A stretch of 64,000 nucleotides of DNA from the human T2T-CHM13v2.0 reference genome, Homo sapiens, in the NCBI RefSeq assembly GCF_009914755.1, contig NC_060948.1; one strand, given 5' to 3'. Below, one piece after another: positions 13,501 through 28,291 of this stretch (its first letter is position 1; each line of letters starts with the position of its first letter). The position numbers and the translations under genes are program-made. The notes beneath the pieces are model-generated. The model was not told the origin of the DNA. It did not search any database and saw nothing but the letters and a program-made list of their open reading frames with translations.

Positions 13501-14125
13501 AATCGAATGGAAAGCAATCCAATGGAATAGAATCTAATGCAATAAAATCGACTCAAATAGAGTAGAATGTAATGGAATGGAGTGCAGTGCAATGGAATGG
13601 AATGGAATGGAATGCAATGGAATGGAATGGAATGGAATGGGATGGAATGGTATGGAATGGATAGTAATGGACTGGAGTGAAATGGACTGGAAAAGAATGG
13701 ACTCAAATTGAAAGGGCTCGAAAGGAATGGAGTCAAATGGAATGGTCTGGAATGGAATGAACACGAATGTAATGCAATCCAATAGAATGGAATCGAATGG
13801 CATGGAATATAAAGAAATGGAATCGAAGAGAATGGAAACAAATGGAATGGAATTGAATGGAATGGAATTGAATGGAATGGGAACGAATGGAGTGAAATTG
13901 TATGCAGTAGAAGAGAATAGAATGGAATGCAAGCGAAAGGAAAGGAATGGATTGGAATGGAATGGAATTCATTGGAATGGAAGGGAATGTAGTGTAATGG
14001 ACAGGCCTGGAATAAAGTGGAATGCTACGGTCTCGAATGGAATAAAAATGTATGGAACGGAATGCAATGAAACGGAATCGAATGTCATAGAATGTAATGG
14101 AATGCAAAAAAATGGACTCCAAAAT
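10592..14125 (+). repeat. DYZ1 unit 4 (3534 bp)
   Basis: Landmarks 10592 and 14126. First ~2.4 kb closely matches unit 1. Confidence 0.9.
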
Positions 14126-17100
14126 CATTGACTGGAAAGGCTGGGTGTCGAAAGGAATTGACTCCAATGGAATGGAATCGAATGGAATGGAAGTGAATAG
14201 AATCGAACTAAATCGAATGGAATGGAATTGATAGGAACGGAATGGAAAGGAATGCAATGATTTGGCATGGAATGGAATCGAATGGCATCGAATGGAATGG
14301 AATGGAATGCAATGGAATGGAATGTATTAGAATGTAATGAACTTTAATGGAATGTACTCGAATGGATTCGACTGGAATGGAATGTTCTCGAAGTGAATGG
14401 ACTCCAATGGAATGGATTCGAAAGGAATGGAATCTAATGGAATGGAATTAAATGGAAATGAATCAAATTGAATAGAACGGAATTGAATTGAATGGAATCG
14501 AATGCAATGGAATCTAATGAAACGGAAAGGAAAGGAATGGAATGGATTGGAATGGAATGGGCTGGAATGGAATGGAATCGAAACGAATGGAATGGAATCG
14601 AACTGAAGAGACTGGAATGGAATGCACTGGAATGGAAGGGAATGTAATGGAAGGTTCTCGAAAAAAATGGAATCGAAAGGAATGGAATTGAATGGAACGG
14701 AATAGAGTCGAATGGAATTGAATGGAATGGAATGGACTAGAGTGAAATGGAATCGAACCACAAGGAATGGACAGGAATAGAATGGTCTCGAATTGAATGG
14801 AATCGTATGGAATGGCATCAAACGGAATGGAATGGACAGCCACGGAATGGAATGGACACCCACGGAATGGAATGCACTCGAATGCAATGGAGTCGACACT
14901 AATGGACTGGAATAGAATGGACTCGACTGGTACGGACTCCAATGGAATGGAATCGAATGGAAGGGAATCGAAAGGAATGGACTCGAAGGGAAAAGACTGC
15001 AATGGAAAGGTCTCGAATGGAATGGAAATTAATGGAATGGAATGGAATCGAATGAAATGGAGTCAAAAGGAATGGAATCGAATGGCAAGAAATCGAATGT
15101 AATGGAATCGCAAGGAATTGATGTGAACGGAACGGAATGGAATGGAATCCAAAGGAATGGAATAGAATGGAATGGAATCGAATGGAAAGGACTCGAATGG
15201 AAATCACTCGAATAGAATGCAATTTAATAAAATAGGATCAAATGTAATGGAATGGAATGGAAAGGAATCGAAACGAAAGGAATGGAGACAGATGGAATGG
15301 AATGGAACAGAGAGCAATGGTATAGAATGGAATGGAATCATCTGGAATGGAATTGAATGGAATGGAATAATATGAAATGGAATGGAATGGAATGGAATGC
15401 CCTTGAATTAAATGGACTGGAATGCAATGGACTCGAACAGAGTGGAATGGAATGTGTTGAAATAGAATGGAATGGACTCGTTTGGAATGGTCTAGTATGC
15501 AATGCAATCGACTGGCAGGGAATCAAAAGGAATGTAATCGAATGGATTGGACTGGAATGCAATGGACTCGAATAGATTGGAAGCAGAAAGCAAAGGAATG
15601 GAATGGAATAGTATGGAATGGAATGCAAAGGAATGGAGTGGAATAGACTAGAGTGGAATGGAATGGACTCGAAAGCAATGGACTGGAATGGAACTTTCTT
15701 GAATGGACTGGAATCAAACGGAATGGAATGCAATGCAATCAAATGGCATGGAATAAAATAGAATGAAAGAGAATCAAATGGAATTGAATCGAATGGAATC
15801 GAATGGATTGGAAAGGAATAGAATGGAATGGAATGGAATTGACTCAAATGGAATGGACTAGAATGGAATGGATTCGAATGGAAGGCAAAGGAATGGAATC
15901 TATTGGAATGGACTGTAATGGAATGGAATGGAAGGGATTGGAATGGACTCGAATGGAATGCGCTGCAATAGAAAGGATTCGAATGGAATGAAAAAGAATT
16001 GAATGGAATAGAACAGAATGGAATCAAATCGAATGAAATGGAATGGAATAGAAAGGAATGGAATGAAATGGAATGGAAAGGATTCGAATGGAATGCAATC
16101 GAATGGAATGCAATCGAATGGAATGGAATCGAACGGAATGGAATAAAATGGAAGAAAACTGGCAAGAAATGGAGTCGAAATGAATGGAGTGTTATGGAAC
16201 GGACTCAAAAGGAATTGAATGTAATAGAATGGAGTGGAGTGGACTCGAATATAATGGACTGGAGTGGAATGAAATCACATGGAATGGGAACGAATGGAAT
16301 GGAATGGAAAGGAATGGAATCGAATGGAAAGGAATCGAATGGAAGGGAATGAAATTGAATCAACAGGAATGGAAGGGAGTAGAATAGACGGTAATGGAAT
16401 GGACTCGAATAGAATGGACACGAATGCTCAAATTGAATGGACTCGAATGGAATGGAAACGAAAGGAATGTCATCGAATGGAATTGAATCTATTGGAATGA
16501 AATCACATAGAATGGAGTGGAATCAAATGGAATTGAATCGAAAGGAAAGGAAGCGAATGGACTGAAATGAAATGGAATGGAATTGAATGGAAATTAATGC
16601 AATGGAATAGAATGGAACGAAATTTCACGGAATGGAATCAAACTGAATGGAATCAAATCAATGGAATATAATCAAATGGAATGGAAAGGAATTGAATGGA
16701 GTAGATTGGATTGGATGGGATTGGAATGAAATGTACTGGAAAGGACTCGAATTTCATGAAACGGAATGGAATGAATTAGAACGGAATGGACTCGAATGGA
16801 ATGGAATGTCATGGAATGGCATCAAATGGAATGGAATCGAATGCGATGGAATGCTATGGAATGGAATGGAATGCATTGGAATGGAATGTCCTCTAATGGA
16901 ATGGATTTGAGTGGAATGGAATCGAATATAATGGAGTCTAATGAAATAGAATTGAAAGGAATGGGACCGAATACAATGGAATATACTGGAATGTAATGTA
17001 ATGAACTCGAATGTAATTGACTGGAATGGAATGTACATGAATGGAATGTAATCGAATGGAAAGCAATCCAATGGAATAGAATCTAATGCAATAAAATCGA

Positions 17101-17674
17101 CTCAAATAGAGTAGAATGTAATGGAATGGAGTGCAGTGCAATGGAATGGAATGGAATGGAATGCAATGGAATGGAATGGAATGGAATGGGATGGAATGGT
17201 ATGGAATGGATAGTAATGGACTGGAGTGAAATGGACTGGAAAAGAATGGACTCAAATTGAAAGGGCTCGAAAGGAATGGAGTCAAATGGAATGGTCTGGA
17301 ATGGAATGAACACGAATGTAATGCAATCCAATAGAATGGAATCGAATGGCATGGAATATAAAGAAATGGAATCGAAGAGAATGGAAACAAATGGAATGGA
17401 ATTGAATGGAATGGAATTGAATGGAATGGGAACGAATGGAGTGAAATTGTATGCAGTAGAAGAGAATAGAATGGAATGCAAGCGAAAGGAAAGGAATGGA
17501 TTGGAATGGAATGGAATTCATTGGAATGGAAGGGAATGTAGTGTAATGGACAGGCCTGGAATAAAGTGGAATGCTACGGTCTCGAATGGAATAAAAATGT
17601 ATGGAACGGAATGCAATGAAACGGAATCGAATGTCATAGAATGTAATGGAATGCAAAAAAATGGACTCCAAAAT
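14126..17674 (+). repeat. DYZ1 unit 5 (3549 bp)
   Basis: Landmarks 14126 and 17675. Confidence 0.9.
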
Positions 17675-20600
17675 CATTGACTGGAAAGGCTGGGTGTCGA
17701 AAGGAATTGACTCCAATGGAATGGAATCGAATGGAATGGAAGTGAATAGAATCGAACTAAATCGAATGGAATGGAATTGATAGGAACGGAATGGAAAGGA
17801 ATGCAATGATTTGGCATGGAATGGAATCGAATGGCATCGAATGGAATGGAATGGAATGCAATGGAATGGAATGTATTAGAATGTAATGAACTTTAATGGA
17901 ATGTACTCGAATGGATTCGACTGGAATGGAATGTTCTGGAAGTGAATGGACTCCAATGGAATGGATTCGAAAGGAATGGAAACTAATGGAATGGAATTAA
18001 ACGGAAATGAATCAAATAGAATAGAACGGAATTGAATTGAATGGAATCGAATGCAATGGAATCTAATGAAACGGAAAGGAATGGAATGGAATGGGCTGGA
18101 ATGGAATGGAATCGAAACGAATGGAATGGAATCGAACTGAAGAGACTGGAATGGAATGCACTGGAATGGAAGGGAATGTAATGGAAGGTTCTCGAAAAAA
18201 ATGGAATCGAAAGGAATGGAATTGAATGGAACGGAATAGAGTCGAATGGAATTCAATGGAATGGAATGGACTAGAGTGAAATGGAATCGAACCACAAGGA
18301 ATGGACAGGAATAGAATGGTCTCGAATTGAATGGAATCGTATGGAATGGCATCAAACGGAATGGAATGGACAGCCACGGAATGGAATGGACACCCACGGA
18401 ATGGAATGCACTCGAATGCAATGGAGTCGACACTAATGGACTGGAATAGAATGGACTCGACTGGTACGGACTCCAATGGAATGGAATCGAATGGAAGGGA
18501 ATCGAACGGAATGGACTCGAAGGGAAAAGACTGCAATGGAATGGTCTCGAATGGAATGGAAATTAATGGAATGGAATGGAATCGAATGAAATGGAGTCAA
18601 AAGGAATGGAATCGAATGGCAAGAAATCGAATGTAATGGAATCGCAAGGAATTGATGTGAACGGAACGGAATGGAATGGAATCCAAAGGAATGGAATAGA
18701 ATGGAATGGAATCGAATGGAAAGGACTCGAATGGAAATCACTCGAATAGAATGCAATTTAATAAAATAGGATCAAATGTAATGGAATGGAATGGAAAGGA
18801 ATCGAAACGAAAGGAATGGAGACAGATGGAATGGAATGGAACAGAGAGCAATGGTATAGAATGGAATGGAATCATCTGGAATGGAATTGAATGGAATGGA
18901 ATAATATGAAATGGAATGGAATGGAATGGAATGCCCTTGAATTAAATGGACTGGAATGCAATGGACTCGAACAGAGTGGAATGGAAAGTGTTGAAATAGA
19001 ATGGAATGGACTCGTTTGGAATGGTCTAGTATGCAATGCAATCGACTGGCAGGGAATCAAAAGGAATGTAATCGAATGGATTGGACTGGAATGCAATGGA
19101 CTCGAATAGATTGGAAACGGAAAGCAAAGGAATGGAATGGAATAGTATGGAATGGAATGCAAAGGAATGGAGTGGAATAGACTAGAGTGGAATGGAATGG
19201 ACTCGAAAGCAATGGACTGGAATGGAACTTTCTTGAATGGACTGGAATCAAACGGAATGGAATGCAATGCAATCAAATGGCATGGAATAAAATAGAATGA
19301 AAGAGAATCAAATGGAATTGAATCGAATGGAATCGAATGGATTGGAAAGGAATAGAATGGAATGGAATGGAATTGACTCAAATGGAATGGACTAGAATGG
19401 AATGGATTCGAATGGAAGGCAAAGGAATGGAATCTATTGGAATGGACTGTAATGGAATGGAATGGAAGGGATTGGAATGGACTCGAATGGAATGGACTGC
19501 AGTAGAAAGGATTCGAATGGAATGAAAAAGAATTGAATGGAATAGAACAGAATGGAATCAAATCGAATGAAATGGAATGGAATAGAAAGGAATGGAATGA
19601 AATGGAATGGAAAGGATTCGAATGGAATGCAATCGAATGGAATGCAATCGAATGGAATGGAATCGAACGGAATGGAATAAAATGGAAGAAAACTGGCAAG
19701 AAATGGAATCGAAATGAATGGAGTGTTATGGAACGGACTCAAAAGGAATTGAATGTAATAGAATGGAGTGGAGTGGACTCGAATATAATGGACTGGAATG
19801 GAATGAAATCACATGGAATGGGAACGAATGGAATGGAATGGAAAGGAATGGAATCGAATGCAAAGGAATCGAAAGGAAGGGAATGAAATTGAATCAACAG
19901 GAATGGAAGGGAGTAGAATAGACGGTAATGGAATGGACTCGAAGAGAATGGACACGAATGCTCAAATTGAATGGACTCGAATGGAATGGCAACGAAAGGA
20001 ATGTCATCGAATGGAATTGAATCGATTGGAATGAAATCACATAGAATGGAGTGGAATCAAATGGAATTGAATCGAAAGGAAAGGAAGCGAATGGACTGAA
20101 ATGAAATGGAATGGAATTGAATGGAAATTAATTCAATGGCATAGAATGGAACGAAATTTCACGGAATGGAATCAAACTGAATGGAATCAAATCAATGGAA
20201 TATAATCAAATGGAATGGAAAGGAATTGAATGGAGTAGATTGAATTGGATGGGATTGGAATGAAATGTACTGGAAAGGACTCGAATTTCATGAAACGGAA
20301 TGGAATGAATTAGAACGGAATGGACTCGAATGGAATGGAATGTCATGGAATGGCATCAAATGGAATGGGATCGAATGCGATGGAATGCTATGGAATGGAA
20401 TGGAATGCATTGGAATGGAATGTCCTCTAATGGAATGTATTCGAGTGGAATGGAATCGAATATAATGGAGTCTAATGAAATGGAATTGAAAGGAATGGGA
20501 CCGAATACAATGGAATATACTGGAATGTAATGTAATGAACTCGAATGTAATTGACTGGAATGGAATGTACATGAATGGAATGTAATCGAATGGAAAGCAA

Positions 20601-21208
20601 TCCAATGGAATAGAATCTAATGCAATAAAATCGACTCAAATAGAGTAGAATGTAATGGAATGGAGTGCAGTGCAATGGAATGGAATGGAATGGAATGCAA
20701 TGGAATGGAATGGAATGGAATGGGATGGAATGGTATGGAATGGATAGTAATGGACTGGAGTGAAATGGACTGGAAAAGAATGGACTCAAATTGAAAGGGC
20801 TCGAAAGGAATGGAGTCAAATGGAATGGTCTGGAATGGAATGAACATGAATGTAATGCAATCCAATAGAATGGAATCGAATGGCATGGAATATAAAGAAA
20901 TGGAATCGAAGAGAATGGAAACAAATGGAATGGAATTGAATGGAATGGAATTGAATGGAATGGGAACGAATGGAGTGAAATTGTATGCAGTAGAAGAGAA
21001 TAGAATGGAATGCAAGCGAAAGGAAAGGAATGGATTGGAATGGAATGGAATTCATTGGAATGGAAGGGAATGTAGTGTAATGGACAGGCCTGGAATAAAG
21101 TGGAATGCTACGGTCTCGAATGGAATAAAAATGTATGGAATGGAATGCAATGAAACGGAATCGAATGTCATAGAATGTAATGGAATGCAAAAAAATGGAA
21201 TCCAAAAT
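17675..21208 (+). repeat. DYZ1 unit 6 (3534 bp)
   Basis: Landmarks 17675 and 21209. Confidence 0.9.
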
Positions 21209-24200
21209 CATTGACTGGAAAGGCTGGGTGTCGAAAGGAATTGACTCCAATGGAATGGAATCGAATGGAATGGAAGTGAATAGAATGGAACTAAATCGAA
21301 TGGAATGGAATTCATAGGAACGGAATGGAAAGGAATGCAATGATTTGGCATGGAATGGAATCGAATGGCATCGAATGGAATGGAATGGAATGCAATGGAA
21401 TGGAATGTATTAGAATGTAATGAACTTTAATGGAATGTACTCGAATGGATTCGACTGGAATGGAATGTTCTCGAAGTGAATGGACTCCAATGGAATGGAT
21501 TCGAAAGGAATGGAATCTAATGGAATGGAATTAAATGGAAATGAATCAAATTGAATAGAACGGAATTGAATTGAATGGAATCGAATGCAATGGAATCTAA
21601 TGAAACGGAAAGGAAAGGAATGGAATAGATTGGAATGGAATGGGCTGGAATGGAATGGAATCGAAACGAATGGAATGGAATCGAACTGAAGAGACTGGAA
21701 TGGAATGCACTGGAATGGAAGGGAATGTAATGGAAGGTTCTCGAAAAAAATGGAATCGAAAGGAATGGAATTGAATGGAACGGAATAGAGTCGAATGGAA
21801 TTCAATGGAATGGAATGGACTAGAGTGAAATGGAATCGAACCACAAGGAATGGACAGGAATAGAATGGTCTCGAATTGAATGGAATCGTATGGAATGGCA
21901 TCAATCGGAATGGAATGGACAGCCACGGAATGGAATGGACACCCACGGAATGGAATGCACTCGAATGCAATGGAGTCGACACTAATGGACTGGAATAGAA
22001 TGGACTCGACTGATACGGACTCCAATGGAATGGAATCGAATGGAAGGGAATCGAACGGAATGGACTCGAAGGAAAAAGACTGCAATGGAAAGGTCTCCAA
22101 TGGAATGGAAATTAATGGAATGGAATGGAATCGAATGAAATGGAGTCAAAAGGAATGGAATCGAATGGCAAGAAATCGAATGTAATGGAATCGCAAGGAA
22201 TTGATGTGAACGGAACGGAATGGAATGGAATCCAAAGGAATGGAATAGAATGGAATGGAATCGAATGGAAAGGACTCGAATGGACATCACTCGAATTGAA
22301 TGCAATTTAATAAAATAGGATCAAATGTAATGGAATGGAATGGAAAGGAATCGAAACGAAAGGAATGGAGACAGATGGAATGGAATGGAACAGAGAGCAA
22401 TGGTATAGAATGGAATGGAATCATCTGTAATGGAATTGAATGGAATGGAATAACATGAAATGGACTGGAATGGAATGGAATGCCCTTGAATTAAATGGAC
22501 TGGAATGGAATGGACTCGAACAGAGTGGAATGGAAAGTGTTGAAATAGAATGGAATGGACTCGTTTGGAATGGTCTAGTATGCAATGCAATCGACTGGCA
22601 GGGAATCAAAAGGAATGTAATCGAATGGATTGGACTGGAATGCAATGGACTCGAATAGATTGGAAACGGAAAGCAAAGGAATGGAATGGAATAGTATGGA
22701 ATGGAATGGAAAGGAATGGAGTGGAATAGACTAGAGTGGAATGGAATGGACTCGAAAGCAATGGACTGGAATGGAACTTTCTTGAATGGACTGGAATCAA
22801 ACGGAATGGAATGCAATGCAATCAAATGGCATGGAAGAAGATAGAATGAAAGAGAATGAAATGGAATTGAATCGAATGGAATCGAATGGATTGGAAAGGA
22901 ATAGAATGGAATGGAATGGAATTGACTCAAATGGAATGGACTAGAATGGAATGGATTCGAATGGAAGGCAAAGGAATGGAATCTATTGGAATGGACTGTA
23001 ATGGAATGGAATGGAAGGGATTGGAATGGACTCGAATGGAATGGACTGCAATAGAAAGGATTCGAATGGAATGAAAAAGAATTGAATGGAATAGAACAGA
23101 ATGGAATCAAATCGAATGAAATGGAATGGAATAGAAAGGAATGGAATGAAATGGAATGGAAAGGATTCGAATGGAATGCAATCGAATGGAATGCAATCTA
23201 ATGGAATGGAATCGAACGGAATGGAATAAAATGGAAGAAAACTGGCAAGAAATGGAGTCGAAATGAATGGAGTGTTATGGAACCGACTCAAAAGGAATTG
23301 AATGTAATAGAATGGAGTGGAGTGGACTCGAATATAATGGACTGGAATGGAATGAAATCACATGGAATGGGAACGAATGGAATGGAATGGAAAGGAATGG
23401 AATAGAATGGAAAGGAATCGAATGGAAGGGAATGAAATTGAATCAACAGGAATGGAAGGGAGTAGAATAGACGGTAATGGAATGGACTCGAATAGAATGG
23501 ACACGAATGCTCAAATTGAATGGACTCGAATGGAATGGAAACGAAAGGAATGTCATCGAATGGAATTGAATCGATTGGAATGAAATCACATAGAATGGAG
23601 TGGAATCAAATGGAATTGAATCGAAAGGAAAGGAAGCGAATGGACTGAAATGAAATGGAATGGAATTGAATGGAAATTAATGCAATGGAATAGAATGGAA
23701 CGAAATTTCACGGAATGGAATCAAACTGAATGGAATCAAATCAATGGAATATAATCAAATGGAATGGAAAGGAATTGAATGGAGTAGATTGGATTGGATG
23801 GGATTGGAATGAAATGTACTGGAAAGGACTCGAATTTCATGAAACGGAATGGAATGAATTAGAACGGAATGGACTCGAATGGAATGGAATGTCATGGAAT
23901 GGCATCAAATGGAATGGAATCGAATGCGATGGAATGCTATGGAATGGAATGGAATGCATTGGAATGGAATGTCCTCTAATGGAATGTATTCGAGTGGAAT
24001 GGAATCGAATATAATGGAGTCTAATGAAATGGAATTGAAAGGAATGGGACCGAATACAATGGAATATACTGGAATGTAATGTAATGAACTCGAATGTAAT
24101 TGACTGGAATGGAATGTACATGAATGGAATGTAATCGAATGGAAAGCAATCCAATGGAATAGAATCTAATGCAATAAAATCGACTCAAATAGAGTAGAAT

Positions 24201-24762
24201 GTAATGGAATGGAGTGCAGTGCAATGGAATGGAATGGAATGGAATGCAATGGAATGGAATGGAATGGAATGGAATGAGATGGAATGGTATGGAATGGATA
24301 GTAATGGACTGGAGTGAAATGGACTGGAAAAGAATGGACTCAAATTGAAAGGGCTCGAAAGGAATGGAGTCAAATGGAATGGTCTGGAATGGAATGAACA
24401 CGAATGTAATGCAATCCAATGGAATGGAATCGAATGGCATGGAATATAAAGAAATGGAATCGAAGAGAATGGAAACAAATGGAATGGAATTGAATGGAAT
24501 GGAATTGAATGGAATGGGAACGAATGGAGTGAAATTGTATGCAGTAGAAGAGAATAGAATGGAATGCAAGCGAAAGGAAAGGAATGGATTGGAATGGAAT
24601 GGAATTCATTGGAATGGAAGGGAATGTAGTGTAATGGACAGGCCTGGAATAAAGTGGAATGCTACGGTCTCGAATGGAATAAAAATGTATGGAATGGAAT
24701 GCAATGAAACGGAATCGAATGTCATAGAATGTAATGGAATGCAAAAAAATGGAATCCAAAAT
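21209..24762 (+). repeat. DYZ1 unit 7 (3554 bp)
   Basis: Landmarks 21209 and 24763. Near-copy of unit 8. Confidence 0.9.
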
Positions 24763-27700
24763 CATTGACTGGAAAGGCTGGGTGTCGAAAGGAATTGACT
24801 CCAATGGAATGGAATCGAATGGAATGGAAGTGAATAGAATGGAACTAAATCGAATGGAATGGAATTCATAGGAACGGAATGGAAAGGAATGCAATGATTT
24901 GGCATGGAATGGAATCGAATGGCATCGAATGGAATGGAATGGAATGCAATGGAATGGAATGTATTAGAATGTAATGAACTTTAATGGAATGTACTCGAAT
25001 GGATTCGACTGGAATGGAATGTTCTCGAAGTGAATGGACTCCAATGGAATGGATTCGAAAGGAATGGAATCTAATGGAATGGAATTAAATGGAAATGAAT
25101 CAAATTGAATAGAACGGAATTGAATTGAATGGAATCGAATGCAATGGAATCTAATGAAACGGAAAGGAAAGGAATGGAATGGATTGGAATGGAATGGGCT
25201 GGAATGGAATGGAATCGAAACGAATGGAATGGAATCGAACTGAAGAGACTGGAATGGAATGCACTGGAATGGAAGGGAATGTAATGGAAGGTTCTCGAAA
25301 AAAATGGAATCGAAAGGAATGGAATTGAATGGAACGGAATAGAGTCGAATGGAATTCAATGGAATGGAATGGACTAGAGTGAAATGGAATCGAACCACAA
25401 GGAATGGACAGGAATAGAATGGTCTCGAATTGAATGGAATCGTATGGAATGGCATCAATCAGAATGGAATGGACAGCCACGGAATGGAATGGACACCCAC
25501 GGAATGGAATGCACTCGAATGCAATGGAGTCGACACTAATGGACTGGAATAGAATGGACTCGACTGATACGGACTCCAATGGAATGGAATCGAATGGAAG
25601 GGAATCGAACGGAATGGACTCGAAGGAAAAAGACTGCAATGGAAAGGTCTCCAATGGAATGGAAATTAATGGAATGGAATGGAATCGAATGAAATGGAGT
25701 CAAAAGGAATGGAATCGAATGGCAAGAAATCGAATGTAATGGAATCGCAAGGAATTGATGTGAACGGAACGGAATGGAATGGAATCCAAAGGAATGGAAT
25801 AGAATGGAATGGAATCGAATGGAAAGGACTCGAATGGACATCACTCGAATTGAATGCAATTTAATAAAATAGGATCAAATGTAATGGAATGGAATGGAAA
25901 GGAATCGAAACGAAAGGAATGGAGACAGATGGAATGGAATGGAACAGAGAGCAATGGTATAGAATGGAATGGAATCATCTGGAATGGAATTGAATGGAAT
26001 GGAATAACATGAAATGGACTGGAATGGAATGGAATGCCCTTGAATTAAATGGACTGGAATGGAATGGACTCGAACAGAGTGGAATGGAAAGTGTTGAAAT
26101 AGAATGGAATGGACTCGTTTGGAATGGTCTAGTATGCAATGCAATCGACTGGCAGGGAATCAAAAGGAATGTAATCGAATGGATTGGACTGGAATGCAAT
26201 GGACTCGAATAGATTGGAAACGGAAAGCAAAGGAATGGAATGGAATAGTATGGAATGGAATGGAAAGGAATGGAGTGGAATAGACTAGAGTGGAATGGAA
26301 TGGACTCGAAAGCAATGGACTGGAATGGAACTTTCTTGAATGGACTGGAATCAAACGGAATGGAATGCAATGCAATCAAATGGCATGGAATAAAATAGAA
26401 TGAAAGAGAATGAAATAGAATTGAATCGAATGGAATCGAATGGATTGGAAAGGAATAGAATGGAATGGAATGGAATTGACTCAAATGGAATGGACTAGAA
26501 TGGAATGGATTCGAATGGAAGGCAAAGGAATGGAATCTATTGGAATGGACTGTAATGGAATGGAATGGAAGGGATTGGAATGGACTCGAATGGAATGGAC
26601 TGCAATAGAAAGGATTCGAATGGAATGAAAAAGAATTGAATGGAATAGAACAGAATGGAATCAAATCGAATGAAATGGAATGGAATAGAAAGGAATGGAA
26701 TGAAATGGAATGGAAAGGATTCGAATGGAATGCAATCGAATGGAATGCAATCTAATGGAATGGAATCGAACGGAATGGAATAAAATGGAAGAAAACTGGC
26801 AAGAAATGGAGTCGAAATGAATGGAGTGTTATGGAACCGACTCAAAAGGAATTGAATGTAATAGAATGGAGTGGAGTGGACTCGAATATAATGGACTGGA
26901 ATGGAATGAAATCACATGGAATGGGAACGAATGGAATGGAATGGAAAGGAATGGAATAGAATGGAAAGGAATCGAATGGAAGGGAATGAAATTGAATCAA
27001 CAGGAATGGAAGGGAGTAGAATAGACGGTAATGGAATGGACTCGAATAGAATGGACACGAATGCTCAAATTGAATGGACTCGAATGGAATGGAAACGAAA
27101 GGAATGTCATCGAATGGAATTGAATCGATTGGAATGAAATCACATAGAATGGAGTGGAATCAAATGGAATTGAATCGAAAGGAAAGGAAGCGAATGGACT
27201 GAAATGAAATGGAATGGAATTGAATGGAAATTAATGCAATGGAATAGAATGGAACGAAATTTCACGGAATGGAATCAAACTGAATGGAATCAAATCAATG
27301 GAATATAATCAAATGGAATGGAAAGGAATTGAATGGAGTAGATTGGATTGGATGGGATTGGAATGAAATGTACTGGAAAGGACTCGAATTTCATGAAACG
27401 GAATGGAATGAATTAGAACGGAATGGACTCGAATGGAATGGAATGTCATGGAATGGCATCAAATGGAATGGAATCGAATGCGATGGAATGCTATGGAATG
27501 GAATGGAATGCATTGGAATGGAATGTCCTCTAATGGAATGTATTCGAGTGGAATGGAATCGAATATAATGGAGTCTAATGAAATGGAATTGAAAGGAATG
27601 GGACCGAATACAATGGAATATACTGGAATGTAATGTAATGAACTCGAATGTAATTGACTGGAATGGAATGTACATGAATGGAATGTAATCGAATGGAAAG

Positions 27701-28291
27701 CAATCCAATGGAATAGAATCTAATGCAATAAAATCGACTCAAATAGAGTAGAATGTAATGGAATGGAGTGCAGTGCAATGGAATGGAATGGAATGGAATG
27801 CAATGGAATGGAATGGAATGGGATGGAATGGTATGGAATGGATAGTAATGGACTGGAGTGAAATGGACTGGAAAAGAATGGACTCAAATTGAAAGGGCTC
27901 GAAAGGAATGGAGTCAAATGGAATGGTCTGGAATGGAATGAACACGAATGTAATGCAATCCAATAGAATGGAATCGAATGGCATGGAATATAAAGAAATG
28001 GAATCGAAGAGAATGGAAACAAATGGAATGGAATTGAATGGAATGGGAACGAATGGAGTGAAATTGTATGCAGTAGAAGAGAATAGAATGGAATGCAAGC
28101 GAAAGGAAAGGAATGGATTGGAATGGAATGGAATTCATTGGAATGGAAGGGAATATAGTGTAATGGACAGGCCTGGAATAAAGTGGAATGCTACGGTCTC
28201 GAATGGAATAAAAATGTATGGAATGGAATGCAATGAAACGGAATCGAATGTCATAGAATGTAATGGAATGCAAAAAAATGGACTCCAAAAT
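24763..28291 (+). repeat. DYZ1 unit 8 (3529 bp)
   Basis: Landmarks 24763 and 28292. Confidence 0.9.
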
